Of a DNA stretch of 64,000 nt, positions 8,580 to 18,634 are shown piece after piece. A program made the position numbers and the translations under genes. The stretch spans positions 1,024,001 through 1,088,000 of the forward strand of contig OZ220480.1 in NCBI GenBank assembly GCA_965116025.1, written 5' to 3'. The notes under the pieces are model-generated. The model saw nothing but the letters and a program-made list of their open reading frames with translations, was not told where the DNA came from and did not search any database. Each line of letters begins with the position of its first letter. The stretch's first letter is position 1. The DNA comes from an uncultured candidatus Porisulfidus sp. (GTDB lineage: Bacteria; Pseudomonadota; Gammaproteobacteria; Poriferisulfidales; Poriferisulfidaceae).

Positions 8580-11078
8580 TCAGGCGCTCTTCGGGGAGGC
8601 GTCTTCTTTCGTGGCGTTCGTATCGGATTCTGGCGTGCCAGAATCCGCCTTCGAAGCGTTGGTGGAAAGGTTTTCGGGAGGCTTGAGCGGTAGAGAGACG
8701 ATCATGTCGGTGTGTTCGCCCTCTTTAGTGTCCACGCGGAGCTCGCCGCCATGTTCCCGGATGATGTCGCTGGATAGGGACAAACCGAGGCCCGTGCCCT
8801 TGTCCGGCGGTTTCGTCGTGAAGAACGGGTCGAAAATTTTCTTCAGCGCGGACTCCGGTATGCCATTTCCATTGTCTCGAACGTGGACCTCGAGAAACCC
8901 CTCGACCACCTTCGTGCTGAGTTGGAGCCTCGGCCAATAGGCTTTCGCGCGATCCTTGTCCTCCGCCACTAAGGCTTTCCGCTTCTCGTCGGTCGCGTAG
9001 CACGCGTTGGTCACCAGATTCAGAAAGACCCGGCCCAGGTTTTGCGGCTTCACCAGAAGCTTTTCGACATCTTTCGCGTAGTCTTCCTGGATCTCGAGCT
9101 GGAAATCGGGGTCGGCGGCGCGGGAACTGTGGAACGCGAGCATGGCATGCTGGTGCAGTAGCGCGCTGATGTCGGTGGGCTGCCAGTCTCCCGAATCGTG
9201 CCGGCCCATCTTGAGCATGTCCATGACGATTCGGTTGGCGCGCTCGCCATGCTCCTGGATGCGCCCCAGGTTTCCGGTCAGGTCTTGGGCGATCTCGTTG
9301 ACCAATTCCGCGTCGTACTCTTCCGTGGCTTCCGCGCCGGGCTTGTTTTTCGCCACCTCCTCCAGCAACTCTTCCAGCAAGTCTTTCGAGACCTGGGCGA
9401 AGTTCATGATGAAGTTCATGGGGTTCTTGATCTCGTGCGCGACCCCCGCGGTCAGCTGGCCGAGGGCCGCGAGTTTTTCCTGCATGACGACCTGATCTTG
9501 CGCGCTTTTCAGCTTCTCGTTCGCTTGCTCCAGGTCCTCGTACATCTCTTTCAGCTCGTCCGCCAATTGCTCGACGAGGCTCAGGCGCTGCACTTCCAGC
9601 GCGTTTTGCCGAAAGACCTCCAGCGCCTTGGCCAACTCTCCGATCTCGTCGTTTCCAGACACCTCGATGGGCGTTTCCAGCTTGCCGCCGGCGACGCTCC
9701 GAATCTGCTGGGAAATGGCGTCCAAGCGCCGGACCAGGCGCCGTTCCACGAAAAGCCATCCGATCAGGATCGCGCCCGTGATGCTGATAATGTTGATGAT
9801 CAGCAGCAGCGTCGAGCTTGTTCTGGTGATCTCGGCGGCTCTCTCCGCCATTTTTTGCGCGGTCAGACTGTATTCGCCCACGATGCCTTCCACGATCGCG
9901 ACGATGTCCACTCCCAGGGCCTGACTGTCGCGAAGCAATGAGGAGAGTTCTTCCTTGACGGCAAGATTTCGGCCATGAAGATCGAAGCCGTTTCCCTCCT
10001 CGCGGCCGATCGAGAGCATGCTCGAGAAGGATTCCGACAGGTCGCCATGTCTGGGGTGTTCCGACAGGGCGTCCAAAGAGCGGTTGGCGAGGCCGACCGT
10101 GGCCTCGAAGTTCTCTTGGAGCGGCCGTAGCATGGCCGCGTCGCTGACCGTGAACACGGTCGCGAGCAACTGGGTGGTCAGCGTGGCGGCCTCCCGCAAC
10201 TCCACCAGGTGCCGATAGGTCTGGAACTCCACTTCGGAGAAATGCGTCGCGCGGCGCGCGCGCTTGTCGTCCAGATCCCAATATCCCGTGATCGTGTAGA
10301 ACAGCTGATCGTCGATCTCGCGAAGCAGGATGGTCATCAACTGATCGTGCGCCAGATGCAGCTCCTTCGTCAGCGCGGCGGTGCGTTGGCGGAGATCGAA
10401 CCGCTCTCGAACCAGCGTCTTGATGCGCTCGATATTCTTGATGATGCCGGCTCCATCAACCTGGATTTTTCGCGCGCGCTCGTCGTTCTCTCGCTTCCTT
10501 AACATCGCCGTGAGCCCGTCCTCGAACGCCCGCTCCTGCGCCGACACCGATGCCGAGACATCCTCGAATTGCTGGATCGTGACCGCGGTCGCGAGCTGAG
10601 GGGCCGCCGCGACCAAGGTGGCCGTTTGCTGGGCGACGGTGAACGCCGCCTGCATTTCCGGCACGCTCTTCTCGCTGATGTCGTGCTGAACGGTGTTGAT
10701 GTGGTCGAGGACGAATATGGTGAGGATGCTGATGGTGATCACCAGCGCCACGGCGCCTCCGAAACTGATATGGAGCTGCGTCGAGATCCGGTTCCAGATT
10801 TTCGGAAACCGGCCGAAGAGCCGCGAGCGTCCGAGCTTCTGCGAGGTCTGGTTGACCAGGGAGAGAGCTTTCTCCAACCCGAAGCGAAGTCGCGGCGAGA
10901 GCCGTTCCCAAGCGCTTCGTAGCCTGCCAGCCATCCGCGTTCTCGCGAGCTTTTCCAAAGCTTGGCCGATCGCCGAGAGCGCGCTCTTCAGCCCCGCGCG
11001 AAGCCGCGATGAGGTCCGTGCCCAGGCCTCTCGCAGCGTGCGGAGCGTCTTGGCTCCCACGAGCTTCTCAATCTTCAT
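8580..11078 (-). CDS. membrane sensor histidine kinase (large helical periplasmic domain, HAMP, HisKA, HATPase)
   Basis: Two TM segments, HAMP (GNDEIGELAKALEVF), H-box AGVAHEIKNP, N-box NLVTNA, DNGNG, FFTTK, GTGLGL. Confidence 0.92.
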   Translation of the reverse strand: MKIEKLVGAKTLRTLREAWARTSSRLRAGLKSALSAIGQALEKLARTRMAGRLRSAWERLSPRLRFGLEKALSLVNQTSQKLGRSRLFGRFPKIWNRISTQLHISFGGAVALVITISILTIFVLDHINTVQHDISEKSVPEMQAAFTVAQQTATLVAAAPQLATAVTIQQFEDVSASVSAQERAFEDGLTAMLRKRENDERARKIQVDGAGIIKNIERIKTLVRERFDLRQRTAALTKELHLAHDQLMTILLREIDDQLFYTITGYWDLDDKRARRATHFSEVEFQTYRHLVELREAATLTTQLLATVFTVSDAAMLRPLQENFEATVGLANRSLDALSEHPRHGDLSESFSSMLSIGREEGNGFDLHGRNLAVKEELSSLLRDSQALGVDIVAIVEGIVGEYSLTAQKMAERAAEITRTSSTLLLIINIISITGAILIGWLFVERRLVRRLDAISQQIRSVAGGKLETPIEVSGNDEIGELAKALEVFRQNALEVQRLSLVEQLADELKEMYEDLEQANEKLKSAQDQVVMQEKLAALGQLTAGVAHEIKNPMNFIMNFAQVSKDLLEELLEEVAKNKPGAEATEEYDAELVNEIAQDLTGNLGRIQEHGERANRIVMDMLKMGRHDSGDWQPTDISALLHQHAMLAFHSSRAADPDFQLEIQEDYAKDVEKLLVKPQNLGRVFLNLVTNACYATDEKRKALVAEDKDRAKAYWPRLQLSTKVVEGFLEVHVRDNGNGIPESALKKIFDPFFTTKPPDKGTGLGLSLSSDIIREHGGELRVDTKEGEHTDMIVSLPLKPPENLSTNASKADSGTPESDTNATKEDASPKSA

Positions 11079-12286
11079 CGCTTGGAGGGCAAGGTGACGA
11101 GCGGCATGTATCGGCCATCGTTTCCGATCGCCGTGAGGAACACGCTGTCCGATCCCTGGTTATCGCGCTCCCCGAATCGAAGGGCGAATCCGTCCAGGTC
11201 GATGGGATCTCCGCTTTTCAGGGCCACGTGGACGCACTCCCGCTCGACCCGCTCGCCGCAACGCCGCAGCGCCTGAATCGCGAGCCGACCCGCCAGGTAA
11301 CCCTCGAACGAAATGAAGCCGGGCTCGATAGATGGGTCATGCGCTTTCAGCGCGAAGCGGTAGGCGCGGGAGACCGGCATGGAGTCGCCCGTCGGGAAGG
11401 GAACCACTTGGGTGACCAAGACTCCGGCCCCCTCGGGCCCCAACTCTCTCGCCAGGGCGTTGCTGCCGACGAAGGAGAGCGTCATGAACACCGGGTCCAT
11501 GTCAAGGAGCCGCGCCCATTTGATGAACGTGGCGGCGGGCTTGTAGGGGCCGACGATGATGATCGCCTCCGGTTTCTTCGCCCGCAAGTCCAGCAGGGCC
11601 GTCTTAACGGCGATGGTGTTGCGGACGAACACGCCCATGCCGACCGGGGAGATCTGCCGGCGCTCCAGGGCGCGAAGAACGCCCCGCAGTCCGGCGAGGC
11701 CGAAGGAATCGTCCTGATAGAGAATGGCGATGCGCTGAATGTCCAGATCGGTGGTCAGCCGCTCCACCATCTCCTCGGTCTCTTGGTAGTACGAGGCGCG
11801 CAGGTTGATGACGGTATGGCGCGCGCTATCGCGCAAGAATTCCGCGCCAGTCATGGGAGCGATATAGGGAATTCCGCTCTCTTCCGTGACCGGCACCACC
11901 GCCCGGGAGGTCGGGGTGCCGACCGCCCCGATCAGCGCGAAGACGTCTTCCACGATCAATCGCCGGGTATTGGCGATGGCCGCGTCCGGCTCGTAGGAAT
12001 CGTTCAGGGAACGCAGATCGAGCCGGCGCCCGTGAATTCCCCCTTGGCGGTTGATTTCCTGAAAGGCTGCTTGGATACCGGCGCGCATGCTGATGCCGAG
12101 CTCCCGGGCCGGGCCTTCGAAGGCGGCGGATTGTCCGAACAGGATTCGATCCTCGAACACGCCGGGCGTGGCTGATGGCTCGTTCGAGGAGCTTCGCTCG
12201 CTTTGGGCGAAGGCCGCGCCGGTCAGGATCGCGGCCCAAAAAGCCGCGAGCATGCGCGTTAAGAAAAGCCCTCGCGAGGCCGGCAC
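11075..12286 (-). CDS. periplasmic ligand-binding protein (type 1, Leu/Ile/Val-binding-like)
   Basis: Signal peptide; FGQSAAFEGP, INRQGGIHGRRL, DSYEP, VGTPT, NLRASY; stop overlaps the kinase ATG (ATGA). Confidence 0.88.
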   Translation of the reverse strand: MPASRGLFLTRMLAAFWAAILTGAAFAQSERSSSNEPSATPGVFEDRILFGQSAAFEGPARELGISMRAGIQAAFQEINRQGGIHGRRLDLRSLNDSYEPDAAIANTRRLIVEDVFALIGAVGTPTSRAVVPVTEESGIPYIAPMTGAEFLRDSARHTVINLRASYYQETEEMVERLTTDLDIQRIAILYQDDSFGLAGLRGVLRALERRQISPVGMGVFVRNTIAVKTALLDLRAKKPEAIIIVGPYKPAATFIKWARLLDMDPVFMTLSFVGSNALARELGPEGAGVLVTQVVPFPTGDSMPVSRAYRFALKAHDPSIEPGFISFEGYLAGRLAIQALRRCGERVERECVHVALKSGDPIDLDGFALRFGERDNQGSDSVFLTAIGNDGRYMPLVTLPSKR

Positions 12287-12290
12287 GTCG

Positions 12291-12707
12291 CTAGAGGTCC
12301 TTGATCATGATGAGATGGTTCCGGCCATCGTCCCGGTGATAGCGCAGGTCCGTCATCATGGTTTTGGCCAGCGCGATTCCCGCGCCCCCGACCCTGCGCT
12401 CCTCCAGCTCGCTTTCCGCGTCCATTTTTGGCGCCTCTCGCAACGGGTCGAAGGGGCGGCCGTCGTCGATGATCTCGATGGTCACGGCGTTCCCGTTTTT
12501 GGAGAGCGCGATCTCTATCTCGTGCTTGGCGTCATCGTCGTATCCGTAGCTGATGACGTTGGTGAATATCTCTTCCAGCGAGAGACGAAGCTGGAACAAC
12601 GCTTCGGAGGGAAGGTCCTGCCGCTCGCAGAACTCGGTCAAGAACTTCTCGATCGTTCGAATTTCCTCAATGCGATTGGGAACGGTCAAAGCGCGCGAGG
12701 ATGCCAT
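12291..12707 (-). CDS. RsbW/SpoIIAB-like anti-sigma factor Ser kinase (HATPase_c_2)
   Basis: LEEIFTNVISYG, IIDDGRPFDP, GGAGIAL, GRNHL. Confidence 0.9.
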   Translation of the reverse strand: MASSRALTVPNRIEEIRTIEKFLTEFCERQDLPSEALFQLRLSLEEIFTNVISYGYDDDAKHEIEIALSKNGNAVTIEIIDDGRPFDPLREAPKMDAESELEERRVGGAGIALAKTMMTDLRYHRDDGRNHLIMIKDL

Positions 12708-12726
12708 CTTCTCGACCTCGCCAGCC

Positions 12727-13902
12727 TCACCCCGGAATCTTAAGAGTCAGGCAGGTGATATCGTCGGATTGCGGACTGTCGCCGGCGAAGTCGCCGACGG
12801 CGTCGAACACGGCTTCCGTCGCCTGCTTGGCGCTCTCGAAAGACCGATCCTTGAAGATCTGGCGAAATCGGTCCATCTCGAACATCTCGCCATCCTCTCG
12901 CTCCGCCTCCGACACTCCATCGGTGTACAGCACGACCATGGAGCCGGGCTCCAGAGTGATCGTTTCTTCCTGGAATGGAAAGCTCTCCTCGATGCCGAGC
13001 GCGATTCCGCCAGTGGATTCCAGCAGGTTCACCGAGGAGTCCGGGTGGACGACGATGGGCAGGTTGTGCCCGGCGTTCGAGTAGACGAAATTCCTCGTTT
13101 CGGGATCATAGATGCCGTATAGCAGGGTCACGAAAGTCATGGCGTCGTTGTTCTCGGACAGCATTTGGTTCACCTGTCCTAGCACTTGGGACGGGGAAAC
13201 CGAGCAAAACGCGCAGGCTTTCAGCAAGGTGCGGCTGGCCATCATGAACATGGCGGCCGGGACCCCTTTGTCCGACACGTCGGCGATGATGACCCCCAGC
13301 CGGCCATTGCCCAAGTCGTAGATGTCGTAGAAATCGCCGCCAACGGAGCGAGCCGCCACCATATGGGCGTGGACGTCGTACTTTTCCGTCGTCGGGAAGG
13401 TGGTTGGAAGGATGTTCTGCTGCATCTGCTGCGCCACGCTCAGCTCGTGCTGGACCGCGACGAGCTTGTCGCGCGAGCTCAACGCGTCCCGCCACATGAG
13501 AAGGTTCTCGATGGTCCGCTCCACCGTCATCTTGAGGTCCGAGAAATCGATCGGCTTGGTCACGAAATCGAACGCTCCGCGATTCATCGCGGTCCGGATG
13601 TTCTCCATGTCGCCGTAGGCGGACACCATCACGGCGCGGATGTTGGGGTCGACGTCCGGGATTTGCTCCAGCATCGTCAGGCCATCCATCACCGGCATGT
13701 TGATGTCGGACAGGACGATGTCGAAATCGTTGTCCGCGCGCAGGCGCTCCAGAGCTTCCGCGCCGTTGTGCGCGAACTCGAAGATGTAGCGTCCGTGCCT
13801 GACCTCTCTGCGCATCTGCTGCAGCATGAGATGCTCCAGATCCACCTCGTCGTCGACGACCAGGATCTTGACCTTGGCGTTCTTGAGCTTATCGTTATCC
13901 AT
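12727..13902 (-). CDS. response regulator-PP2C (SpoIIE/RsbU-like) phosphatase fusion
   Basis: REC domain: VDDE, LSDINMP, TKP. PP2C domain: GGDFYD, DVSDKG, NAGHN, YTDG, SDDIT. Confidence 0.92.
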   Translation of the reverse strand: MDNDKLKNAKVKILVVDDEVDLEHLMLQQMRREVRHGRYIFEFAHNGAEALERLRADNDFDIVLSDINMPVMDGLTMLEQIPDVDPNIRAVMVSAYGDMENIRTAMNRGAFDFVTKPIDFSDLKMTVERTIENLLMWRDALSSRDKLVAVQHELSVAQQMQQNILPTTFPTTEKYDVHAHMVAARSVGGDFYDIYDLGNGRLGVIIADVSDKGVPAAMFMMASRTLLKACAFCSVSPSQVLGQVNQMLSENNDAMTFVTLLYGIYDPETRNFVYSNAGHNLPIVVHPDSSVNLLESTGGIALGIEESFPFQEETITLEPGSMVVLYTDGVSEAEREDGEMFEMDRFRQIFKDRSFESAKQATEAVFDAVGDFAGDSPQSDDITCLTLKIPG

Positions 13903-13981
13903 TCAGTACCTCATTTCCAAACTCCGTTTCATTCCGAGACGGGAGGAATTCTCCCACGCCAAGACTCTTGAGCGTCAACAA

Positions 13982-14010
13982 TCTATAAGGGCACTTTATT
14001 AAGGTGTCAA
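13982..14010 (-). promoter_or_regulatory. sigma70-type promoter for the REC-PP2C/kinase operon
   Basis: Minus strand TTGACA (14010-14005), 17 nt, TATAGA (13987-13982). Confidence 0.6.
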
Positions 14011-14151
14011 GGCGAGTATCTAAGGCTTATTCTAGCGTATCTCCTCTTGATCTCGTTCATGGTTCACGGGGAGGATTGGACCGTATTCGGATATTAACTC
14101 ACGTTTTGCGCTGTGATTGCAGTATAGTTGGTGCGGTGGCTGGCAGACATC

Positions 14152-16432
14152 CTAATCGGTGTCGTTTAGCGGGGCTTCATAGTCTTGGCTGTATTGTTTC
14201 AATAGAAAGTCTATTTGCGCCTTTTTCGCCTCTGCTTCTTTTTGAATTCTAGAAATTTCTGACGACAACTTTTGTAATGAAGTCAAGTCTTCTGGAACTG
14301 GCTTGGGAATTAGAACATCTAAAATTTGATGCTTTGTGAAAGTTTCTCTACCCACCAGATCTGTGGGAATTAATTGCCTTGGAAATTCTTTTCTCATCGC
14401 TCGAATCAAGTATTCAACAGGAACAACATCGTCCTTAATCTTTGCAACAAGTTGCGAGGTGCATGTGTAATAATCGTTCGAAATGGCGAAAAGACCATTG
14501 CCATTATTTGTGTGTAAAGTCCCAATAATAAGATCACCCGGCTCAGCAATTATTTTTTGGGATCCCCTAATATTTTTTCCTAATCTACGATTCCCTCTGA
14601 TTTTCACCGTGTTATTCTGGCTGTCCAAACTCGGTTCCGCGTAATACTTATCAGGGTTAAGGGAAGTTGCTTTTTCTTTGATTTCCAGTAAATTCCTTAA
14701 ACGCCAACATTCTCCTGCAGCATTAATAATTTTTTCGAATTCAATGAATGCCCCCCCCCCCCCCCCCCCCCCACTGCATCTTAATAGCACCTGGCAACAT
14801 TTCTAACTCGCTATCAGTTGCAAATTCAAGAATTTTAGGAATATCATTTTCTGGAATGGGTTCTCTGTTTTTATCCTGCGACATCCCATCTGCCTTTATG
14901 TGAACGAATGTAAATTCGCTTGTGTTTGCACGGTGAATATTATCAAGAATCAGAACCGCAGTTTGTGCTGTTGTGTAAAAAACGAAAGTCTTTTCAGGAA
15001 GCCGAATGCAGGCTCTGATATTACTTTTGTTTGCGATATATTCCCGAAGTTTCCTGTATTTGTCAGCATGACATAAAGTCAGTGGCAATACTATTGCAGC
15101 TGACCCCCCCGGTTTGATAGATTCAACACATTTAACGACACATAACTCATTCCAATCATCGCCTTCGAGGCCGCTCTTCTCGATAAATTGGAGCATTTGC
15201 TCTTTATCAATAGGGGCATCAATGTTGAAGGGTATGTTTGTTATCAACTTGTCATATTTCTTCCATTCTTGTCTTTTGAAACTGTCCCCTCGTTCAATAT
15301 TACTTTGGCCATCGCCCAGAAGAATCATATTCATTTTTGCAAGGCCAGAGGTGCTGTTGCTAATATCATTGCCATAAAGGGTGCTGTTCCTCAACTCCTC
15401 TAGCTTCTGATCAAATTTTGGGCTTGTGCTGTCCAGCCCCATTTTTATATCAAAGTAACAAGAAATCAGCATTCCACCTGTGCCGCAAAATGGATCAAGG
15501 ATCTTGTCTCCTGGCTGTGGATTCAACAGGTTTGACATCATAGATGTGATGTGCCTAGGCGTGAAGTACTGACCCAAAGCACTTTTATTTCCAATACTAT
15601 ATTTGGACAAGAAAAACTCGAATGCCTCTCCTTTAATATCAATGCCACTATTCGTAAAGTTGATGGGGTTGACCCGGTCCACAAGACTTTCCAAGATTTC
15701 AGGGTTATTAATTTCTGATCCCGAAAATATTTCCCCATACTCATCTCGATAGCCCTGCAGAACTTTTTTGTATATGTCAATGAGACCTTTCCCGCTTGCA
15801 CGTGAAATTTTTCCCCAATTCTGCTGGGCAGGACGGTTGCCGCGTTCAGCCATGATCTTAATAAAGAGCAACACGCAAAATTCCCTTAATTGATTAATGC
15901 CGGCATCAATACCGTCTCTACGCATAGAGTCGGCGGCCTCGGAGAAAATATCAATTAACGAATTTACGCTATCAATCACTTCACCTTGTGAAGCTGACGG
16001 TGATTGCACGAGTTCCTGCATCACATCCAATGGCGGAATGTAGTTGACCGGGTAGTTGTTCAAAGTCAAGTCTGATCCATCAGCATGCCTTGATCGCACC
16101 TGTATTCCGTCCGAGGCAAAAACCACCATAGGGGGGCTTTCATTAGCATAAGCGACTTTCGCATATTCTGTTGCTTGATCAAGAGCGTCATCAAGTTTTA
16201 TTCCCATTTTTTTGGCTTCTAAAAATGCGATCGGTTTAGATGAGCGGGGCCCATAAAAATGGTAATCCGGCCTTTTTCCGGCCTTCCGCAATCTGGATTT
16301 CATGAGCTCGTCACAGATTGCGCCCTCAAGTCTCACGAACGCATCATCAACACTTGAATTTGTTAATTTGAATCCGGCAGACTCAATCATTGAGTTTATG
16401 CGTATCCGCGCATGCGCCTCATTAGTACTCAT
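14152..16432 (-). CDS. single-chain restriction-modification enzyme (Type IIG/IIB-like: PD-(D/E)XK nuclease + N6-adenine MTase + C-terminal specificity-like domain), frameshifted at a G22 tract
   Basis: RPDY...FLEAKK nuclease motif; GQYFTPRH, DPFCGTGG, NIPF MTase motifs. ORF 14741-16444 ends ...MQWGGGGGGGIH* and ORF 14152-14790 continues ...GGGAFIEFEK. AT-rich relative to flanks. Confidence 0.85.
14751..14772 (-). repeat. homopolymeric G22 tract (C22 on + strand)
   Basis: Counted directly: 22 consecutive C at 14751-14772. Confidence 0.95.
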
Positions 16433-16484
16433 CTTTGACTCCAAGGTTTACGTGCCCTGTGTTGTGTTGCCAATTCCTCTTATT

Positions 16485-18149
16485 TTAGTTTCTGATATGC
16501 AGCTCGATTTTCGCGGAGCCGACTCCCCTAGGGTCGGACGCGGCCTCCAACCTTCCCGCGCGAGCGTCCCACACGACCACCTGCATGTCGCCCCAGGGTT
16601 CCTCGACCTCGAAGACATGCCCCATGGCCTCAAGCCGCTTCCGGTCGATCGCCAGGTCCGGTTCGATGAAGACCTTGTCAGGGAGAGCTTGATGGTGCAG
16701 GCGCGGGCTCTCGACCAGGGCCTCGGCGTCGGCGCCCTGCAAGAAACGCAGGATTCCCTGCAGCGCCATCATGGTGATCCGGCTGCCGCCGGGAGTCCCG
16801 AGCAAGGCCAGCGAGTCGGCATGATAGACGGCGGTCGGCGCCATGGAGGAGAGCATGCGCTTTCCGGGCGCGATGGCGTTGGCCTCGCCGCCGACGAGGC
16901 CGTACAGATTCGGGGCGCCGGGTTTGGCGGAGAAATCGTCCATCTCGTTGTTCAGGAGGACTCCGGTGCCGGGCACGACGAACCCGGAACCGAACGGGCC
17001 GTTGATGGACAGGGTGGCGCTGACCCAGTTTCCGTCTTGGTCCAGAATGCTGAAGTGCGTGGTGTGCCCGGCTTCCGGCTCGCTCGCGCGCGACGCGCTT
17101 GAGCGCGTCGCGCGCTCATGGTCGAAATCCTTCATCAGATCCCGAGCGTATTCGGCGCTGGTCAGCCGCCGTACCGGAAGATCCACATGATCAGGGTCTC
17201 CCAGGCGTTTTGCGCGCTCCAGATAGGCTCGCCGCGACGCCTCGATCAAGCGGTGAGCGCGGGCGACGTCGTCGCGCTCGTCCAGCCAGTTCTCCCCCAG
17301 CATGTGAAAGATTTGCGCTAGCATGACGCCAGTGGCGGAAGGCGGGGCCGCGGTAACGATCTTGGCGCCGAGCGCGTGGATGGTGATTGGTTCCCGCTCC
17401 ACCACGCGGTATCGCGCGAGGTCCTCGCTCGTCCAGATGCCGCCGCTGGCCCGCGTTTCCCGCGCGAGAATCTCCGCCAGCGGGCCGTGGTAGAAGGCCC
17501 GCGCTCCTCGTTCGGCCAGCAGGCTCAGAGTCGAGGCCAGATCGGTCTGGACGATCCGCGCGTCGGGCCGGTCCGCGGTGAAAATCGAGGATGCCGGATA
17601 GCGTCGCAGGACTTCCGCGCGGACGGTCATGGCGCGTTCCAGTTTCGGGTTGAGAGACGTTCCTTCCCGAGCATGGCGAATGGCGGGCTCCAGGGCGCGC
17701 GCCAGCGGCAGGCGCGCGTACCGTTCCGCCAGATGCGCCCACGCGGCGGCGATCCCAGGGATTCCCGCGGCCAAGGGGCCGTTGAGAGCTCGGTCGCGGT
17801 CCACTTCCCCGTTCTCATCCAAGTACAGATCGCGGTGCGCGGCTAACGGCGCGCGTTCCCGGGCGTCCAGCATCACGGTATGGTCACGGGCGGCGTCGCG
17901 CAGCAGGAAGAATCCTCCTCCGCCGAGCCCGGAGCTGTAGGGCTCCACGACTCCAAGGACCGCGGATACCGCGATGGCCGCGTCGAAGGCGTTGCCGCCG
18001 GCGGCGAGAATCTCGAGACCGGCTTCCGTCGCGGCCGGGTGCGCGGTGGCGAGGGCGTGCCCGGGCGGGTGGTCTTGGGCCACCGCGAAGCCGCAAAGCA
18101 AGTAAAGCAGCAAGCACGGGAGGATGGGCCGTTTCATGAGTTCGCTCAC
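16485..18149 (-). CDS. ggt: gamma-glutamyltransferase
   Basis: Signal peptide, GGNAFDAA, SSGLGGGGF, HTTHFS (Thr nucleophile), LNNEMDDF, KRMLSSMAP, GTPGGSRI. Confidence 0.95.
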   Translation of the reverse strand: MSELMKRPILPCLLLYLLCGFAVAQDHPPGHALATAHPAATEAGLEILAAGGNAFDAAIAVSAVLGVVEPYSSGLGGGGFFLLRDAARDHTVMLDARERAPLAAHRDLYLDENGEVDRDRALNGPLAAGIPGIAAAWAHLAERYARLPLARALEPAIRHAREGTSLNPKLERAMTVRAEVLRRYPASSIFTADRPDARIVQTDLASTLSLLAERGARAFYHGPLAEILARETRASGGIWTSEDLARYRVVEREPITIHALGAKIVTAAPPSATGVMLAQIFHMLGENWLDERDDVARAHRLIEASRRAYLERAKRLGDPDHVDLPVRRLTSAEYARDLMKDFDHERATRSSASRASEPEAGHTTHFSILDQDGNWVSATLSINGPFGSGFVVPGTGVLLNNEMDDFSAKPGAPNLYGLVGGEANAIAPGKRMLSSMAPTAVYHADSLALLGTPGGSRITMMALQGILRFLQGADAEALVESPRLHHQALPDKVFIEPDLAIDRKRLEAMGHVFEVEEPWGDMQVVVWDARAGRLEAASDPRGVGSAKIELHIRN

Positions 18150-18634
18150 GCTCCTCGGAGCTTCCGGATTAGCGTTTCCTGAATTTTCTCAGGCACGAAG
18201 TGCGCGATGTCTCCGCCCAGCATGGCGACCTCCTTGACCAGAGACGACGATACGAAAGCGTATTCCTTCGCGGGCGTCAGGAAGATGGACTCCAGATCCG
18301 GCGCCAGTTGCCGGTTCATGCTGGCGAGTTGGAACTCGTACTCGAAATCCGACACCGCGCGCAATCCCCGAAGGATGGCCTGAGCCTCCTTGGCGCGGGC
18401 GAAGTCGACGAGCAGGCCATCGAACGAGGCGACCTCGATTCGGTCGTCCGTGTCGGCGAGGGCCAGCCGGGCCATTCGAACGCGCTCTTCCACCGTGAAC
18501 GTTGGCCGTTTGGCGGAGTCCGTTCCGATGGCGACGATCACCCGGTCGAACAGGCGCAACGCGCGGTGGGCCAGATCGATATGGCCGAAGGTGATCGGGT
18601 CGAAAGTTCCCGGGTAGATGGCGCGTCGGATCAT
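18146..18634 (-). CDS. coaD: pantetheine-phosphate adenylyltransferase
   Basis: YPGTFDPITFGH, RGLRAVSDFEYE, SSSLVKE. Confidence 0.97.
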   Translation of the reverse strand: MIRRAIYPGTFDPITFGHIDLAHRALRLFDRVIVAIGTDSAKRPTFTVEERVRMARLALADTDDRIEVASFDGLLVDFARAKEAQAILRGLRAVSDFEYEFQLASMNRQLAPDLESIFLTPAKEYAFVSSSLVKEVAMLGGDIAHFVPEKIQETLIRKLRGA

